From Clostridia bacterium (GTDB lineage: Bacteria; Bacillota; Clostridia; Christensenellales; CAG-138): a stretch of 64,000 bases of DNA. Shown piece after piece: positions 60,575-64,000 of this stretch; the stretch's first letter is position 1, and each line of letters begins with the position of its first letter. Under the pieces are notes generated by a model that did no database searches, was not told the origin of the DNA, and saw only the letters and a program-made list of their open reading frames with translations. A program made the position numbers and the translations under genes. Location of the stretch: the NCBI GenBank assembly GCA_045603585.1, contig JAZUMK010000030.1:6607-70606 (forward strand), written 5' to 3'.

Positions 60575-61000
60575 TTATGAATTAAGCATAGGCAAATTCC
60601 GCTCAAACAGCAGTTCGTTTACCTGCTGGAGGTTCATGCCCTTGCGGCAGGCGTAAAGTATAACGCAATCCCGCCTGTCCCGGGGATAAAGGGCGGCCTT
60701 TCTTGCGTGGGCCAGAAGCTGCTGCATTTCTTCGTCGTTCAGCTTCAGGCCAAAGCCCAGCTGCAGCACGGATTCACGGGAAGGACTGCGTTCGCCTGAG
60801 AAAACCTGATAGCCGTATGCGCTGGATAGCTCTGTTGCTGCAATTACTTCCGCACGGGTCATACCCTTTTCAGCAAGGAGCCGTGAAAGATAATCGGGGA
60901 GAGACAGCATGTCCACCACATCGTTGTTAGATTCCAGAAATGCATCCAGATTCTTTGCTTTTTTCAGTTCCTTGAGAAGCTTGTCGGTAGTGGTGTCCAT
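60575..61000 (-). CDS. XRE-like helix-turn-helix protein
   Basis: The 141-aa protein has LAEKGMTRAEVIAATELSSAYGYQVFSGERSPSRESVLQLGFGL, an HTH_XRE-like segment. Confidence 0.7.
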   Translation of the reverse strand: MDTTTDKLLKELKKAKNLDAFLESNNDVVDMLSLPDYLSRLLAEKGMTRAEVIAATELSSAYGYQVFSGERSPSRESVLQLGFGLKLNDEEMQQLLAHARKAALYPRDRRDCVILYACRKGMNLQQVNELLFERNLPMLNS

Positions 61001-61093
61001 TGCTTTTTCTCCCGGTCCAATCTATAATTATGTACTATAACTCGCAGGCGTGTCGAAGGTATATCTATTGTATCCTTTTTTGCATAAATTTTC

Positions 61094-61110
61094 TTCTGCT
61101 GTCAGCAGAA
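61094..61110. promoter_or_regulatory. Palindrome TTCTGCTGtCAGCAGAA upstream of the kinase gene (candidate operator)
   Basis: It is a perfect 8+8 palindrome about 40 nt upstream of ATG 61150. A related copy lies at 62976-62990. Confidence 0.4.
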
Positions 61111-61149
61111 TTTATGGTATCAGTATAGCATAGCGACAGGAGTTTTAGT

Positions 61150-62973
61150 ATGTTTGAACAGTATGATGCTGTAAAAGCGCTTAAGGAGCCCGACCTTTAT
61201 CTGATAAAAGATTGTTCATCAGGCATGCTTGCGGTGCGTAAACGTACCCGGGCAGAGCTTTTTAGCGTTTATAGTCAGCTTTCGGATATTGATATCAATG
61301 GCGTACCGCAAATTTTCTCCATTGAACAGGACGGCCCATATCTCAGCGTTATAAGGGAATACATACCGGGCATGACCCTTGCCGAGGTGCTGAGGGAAGG
61401 GGGGCGCTTCAGTGAAAAACAGGCGGAGGAATTGATAGGAAAGCTATGCGATATACTGTCCGCAATTCACAGCCTTACTCCGCCCATAGTTCACAGGGAC
61501 ATCAAACCATCCAATATTATCCTGAAAGAGGACGGCGGTATATGCCTTATAGACTTTGATGCTGCGCGGCAATACAAAGGCGATGGCGGGGGAGATACAC
61601 AGCACATAGGCACCCACGGCTATGCCGCCCCGGAGCAATACGGCTTTGGAGAGACGGATGCAAGGGCAGATATATATGCCGTTGGCATATTGCTGAAAGA
61701 ACTGCTGGGCGATAGCATTTCTCCCCATTTCAATGAAATAATCTCCGCCTGTACCCGTATGGACCCGGCCCACCGCTATCAAAGTGCGGCTGCGCTGAAA
61801 AAGGCTCTTTCCGCCAAGAAACTTCCTATTAAAAAAACAATCTTCGGAGCAGCGGCTGCTTTAACTTTGGCAGCAGCGATTTTCGCTTTTTCCCACGACA
61901 CCTCAGATATGCCTGCTGATGCCGATATCCCTGCTGCAGCCACCGTTACTCCTGTGCCCACGCCCGAACAGACGCCGGAGCCCACTCCGGTTCCCACGCC
62001 CAACCCCTGGCTGGACATCATATGGCCGGCAGAAAATCCTTACAGGACCGAATACCCGGTTTCTGATTATGCCGCCCTTAAGGAAATGCTGAATCATATC
62101 CTGGAAAACCCAAATCAGCTTTATATGGTTATCATCTCCGGCGACATTACAGCAACGGAAGATATAACCATTCCAACAAATACCCAGCTGTATATAAATC
62201 CCACATCTGCGCTGCGCATGGCTCCGGGCACCATGCTTGTAAACAACGGTGCAATTCAGGTTGCCAGAGGCGGAGACAACTACGGCATGCTGCAGCTTAT
62301 GGATAACAGTACGCTGTACTGCATGAGCAGAAAAACCCAAGGCTACAGAGAAATGACAGTGGACGGCATACTTGACTGCGGCAGTAATGTCACTATTTCA
62401 AGAGAAACGCATATTGGTCAGGACGGCCAATATCCCCTCATTCACCTGCAGCCCAGGAGCATACTGCGCTGTGCAGATGAAAGCACGCTCCGCATATCCG
62501 GCTACAGATATGTATTTATTGATTCCAGAGCAGAGTTCCCTACTGCACCATTTATTGACGAAGAAGGCAAAGTTGGCTCTGCGGACATTCGCATAACGGA
62601 CATCAATACGATTGATGAGCTGAAGTCTGCTGTTGATGCAGCGAAAAATCAATATCCGCAGTTTACATGTGCCATTGATATTGCAAAAAGCATGACCATC
62701 AGCGAGAATATCGCCATTCCCGACAATGCTTCCCTCAAGCTGTTTTCCGAAGGACTTACCCTGACCGTTGCAGACGGCGGCAAGCTCACTATCGGCGAAA
62801 CAAACGCCCAGCTGGAAGATGATACTTCCATACGCGTGCTCAAAGGCGGAACCCTGCATTACAAGTGCGACAATATTTCTTTGGCAGGCGGTTCGCGCGT
62901 ATATGCTGACAATGGCGGTTCAATAATTTGTGACCACAAAGGGGTTGCAGAAAAAATACATTTAAACGGCTAA
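61150..62973 (+). CDS. Membrane Ser/Thr protein kinase with a Pro/Thr linker and a ~320-aa extracellular domain of unknown type
   Basis: It has the catalytic loop HRDIKPSNIIL, DFDAAR (in the DFG position) and GTHGYAAPEQ. A TM segment (IFGAAAALTLAAAIFAF) is followed by TPVPTPEQTPEPTPVPTPNP. Confidence 0.85.
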   Translation: MFEQYDAVKALKEPDLYLIKDCSSGMLAVRKRTRAELFSVYSQLSDIDINGVPQIFSIEQDGPYLSVIREYIPGMTLAEVLREGGRFSEKQAEELIGKLCDILSAIHSLTPPIVHRDIKPSNIILKEDGGICLIDFDAARQYKGDGGGDTQHIGTHGYAAPEQYGFGETDARADIYAVGILLKELLGDSISPHFNEIISACTRMDPAHRYQSAAALKKALSAKKLPIKKTIFGAAAALTLAAAIFAFSHDTSDMPADADIPAAATVTPVPTPEQTPEPTPVPTPNPWLDIIWPAENPYRTEYPVSDYAALKEMLNHILENPNQLYMVIISGDITATEDITIPTNTQLYINPTSALRMAPGTMLVNNGAIQVARGGDNYGMLQLMDNSTLYCMSRKTQGYREMTVDGILDCGSNVTISRETHIGQDGQYPLIHLQPRSILRCADESTLRISGYRYVFIDSRAEFPTAPFIDEEGKVGSADIRITDINTIDELKSAVDAAKNQYPQFTCAIDIAKSMTISENIAIPDNASLKLFSEGLTLTVADGGKLTIGETNAQLEDDTSIRVLKGGTLHYKCDNISLAGGSRVYADNGGSIICDHKGVAEKIHLNG

Positions 62974-62975
62974 AC

Positions 62976-62990
62976 TCTGCTGACAGCAGA
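62976..62990. promoter_or_regulatory. Second copy of the palindrome TCTGCTGaCAGCAGA
   Basis: It begins 3 nt after the kinase stop codon and about 60 nt upstream of the next gene. No U-run follows, so it is not a convincing terminator. Confidence 0.4.
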
Positions 62991-63048
62991 CGAAAAACAT
63001 AAGCGGCGGTGATATAATTACCTTTGAATAAATATGATGGAGGCAATT

Positions 63049-64000
63049 ATGACCCGTCGTTCCTTTTTATTTCTTGCGCTGATATTCGCGCTGATACTGT
63101 CCGTAAGTTCGGTAGCGTTTGCGGATGCAAGCATTACAGTTGATAACAGCATTGGCGAAACACCTGCTACGGTTACCGCAACGCTTACCGGTGGAGATAC
63201 CCTTTCTGCCCCAAAGGTAGATAGCTTCTATCATACAGGCGATAATGCATTGGCCTTTGAAATAGTTAAGCCAATGGAATACTCGGACTGGAAGTATGAT
63301 TCAGAGCATAATGTAAATTATTTGGAGTATGAAGTTTTTACTAAAATTTTAGATGGCTCCTATTGGTACAAACTTAATATCGGAAACTGGACTTCTGATT
63401 TTAAAACAACAAGAGATTCCGCTGGTAATTTGTATGGACAAGCTGGCGATGGCTACCGTATAGATGAGCCACACTTTTCAAATGGCTCCATTCGGAGGGA
63501 ATACACTTATACATGGTACGATAACGACAAGTCTACGGTTCTTGGAACCACTTCTTTCAAAGTGGTTGTAAACTATCGCGCTCTTCCTTATGCAGCTGAT
63601 AGAGACCGTATTACTGCAGCTGAAGGGGGCAGCGTTTCTCACGGTGCAGTAAGCTACACCGCATCTGACACACCTGTTAATACCATTGTTGCAGTTCCTC
63701 ATGCTGATGTAGTAAAATGCTCCATCAACGGGGGCAGCATTACTGACGTTGTAGGGGGTGCAATAACTCTTTCAACTGCTGAAAATGAGCGCTATGAAAT
63801 CATGTGGTATGATCAGGACAATAACCTTTGGTCAGCAGAGTATGTGGACATTTCGTTTATATCCCCTGCAAATGATTTTACCTGGATAGACTGGAGTTGT
63901 TTTGCGCCTTCCACCGTAAACGGTATTTTGGGCAATAAACCGGTGATCAGCAACGGTACAAACCGGCAGGGCATATCCGTAACCTACCTGACTTATAATC
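63049..64000 (+). CDS. Secreted protein of unknown function (partial, runs off the 3' edge)
   Basis: I translated it by hand. ATG 63049 follows GATGGAGG. The signal peptide is MTRRSFLFLALIFALILSVSSVAFA. The frame stays open for all 317 codons to the window end. Confidence 0.6.
   Translation, partial: MTRRSFLFLALIFALILSVSSVAFADASITVDNSIGETPATVTATLTGGDTLSAPKVDSFYHTGDNALAFEIVKPMEYSDWKYDSEHNVNYLEYEVFTKILDGSYWYKLNIGNWTSDFKTTRDSAGNLYGQAGDGYRIDEPHFSNGSIRREYTYTWYDNDKSTVLGTTSFKVVVNYRALPYAADRDRITAAEGGSVSHGAVSYTASDTPVNTIVAVPHADVVKCSINGGSITDVVGGAITLSTAENERYEIMWYDQDNNLWSAEYVDISFISPANDFTWIDWSCFAPSTVNGILGNKPVISNGTNRQGISVTYLTYN

Noticed and set aside
1-64000. A search by eye for rRNA, tRNA, CRISPR repeats, IS elements, integrases and prophage genes.
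   Set aside because: None was found. The intergenic regions are short and are explained by promoters, terminators, a T-box and TPP riboswitches. A tRNAscan, Infernal and CRISPR-finder run would be needed to exclude small RNAs formally.

Overview
This is a 64-kb chromosomal window. Gene content suggests a moderately GC-rich anaerobic Firmicute of the class Clostridia; the taxon is inference. I saw no rRNA, tRNA, CRISPR array, transposase or integrase.

Content from left to right:
- infC (3' end), rpmI, rplT, a TrmH-type methyltransferase, then a Cys-rich protein and an MFS transporter.
- A tyrosine phenol-lyase-like gene behind a T-box leader whose specifier reads UAC (Tyr).
- An EamA transporter and an Fe-type alcohol dehydrogenase.
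- A translationally coupled CrtI-like flavoenzyme and FNR/[2Fe-2S] reductase.
- A rhodanese plus a CoADR-rhodanese fusion, then a GH13 enzyme.
- A four-gene cyclic-nucleotide operon: two stand-alone cNMP-binding proteins, a TIM-barrel protein, and a PAS-class III cyclase carrying Glu/Gly where adenylate cyclases carry Lys/Asp.
- A repeat-rich, PKTGD-anchored surface protein.
- Na/Pi and AEC transporters, an MBL hydrolase and a flavodoxin-like protein.
- A ~23-kb acyl-CoA locus (about 24.6-47.6 kb), the strongest candidate for a new system. A 12-gene operon combines an HMG-CoA-synthase::DUF35 fusion, an SCPx-type thiolase, a 70-aa Cys-rich ORF, thiolase, Hbd, crotonase, an OadG-like protein, a biotin carrier, a Cat2-type CoA-transferase, acyl-CoA dehydrogenase and EtfBA. 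Next to it lie a TetR gene, a GcdA-like carboxyltransferase with a family III CoA-transferase, a five-gene Opp-type importer, a second 3-hydroxyacyl-CoA dehydrogenase and a PaaI thioesterase. The locus is tied together by four copies of one bidirectional promoter/operator module, and no GcdB-type membrane subunit is present in the window.
- DinB, a beta-helix surface protein, a small RHH protein and a 631-aa P-loop protein.
- A thiamine salvage operon behind tandem TPP riboswitches.
- An HTH protein, a Ser/Thr kinase and a secreted protein, with one palindrome shared between the kinase and secreted-protein upstream regions.

All functional calls come from reading the supplied translations and the DNA by eye. 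No database search was run.
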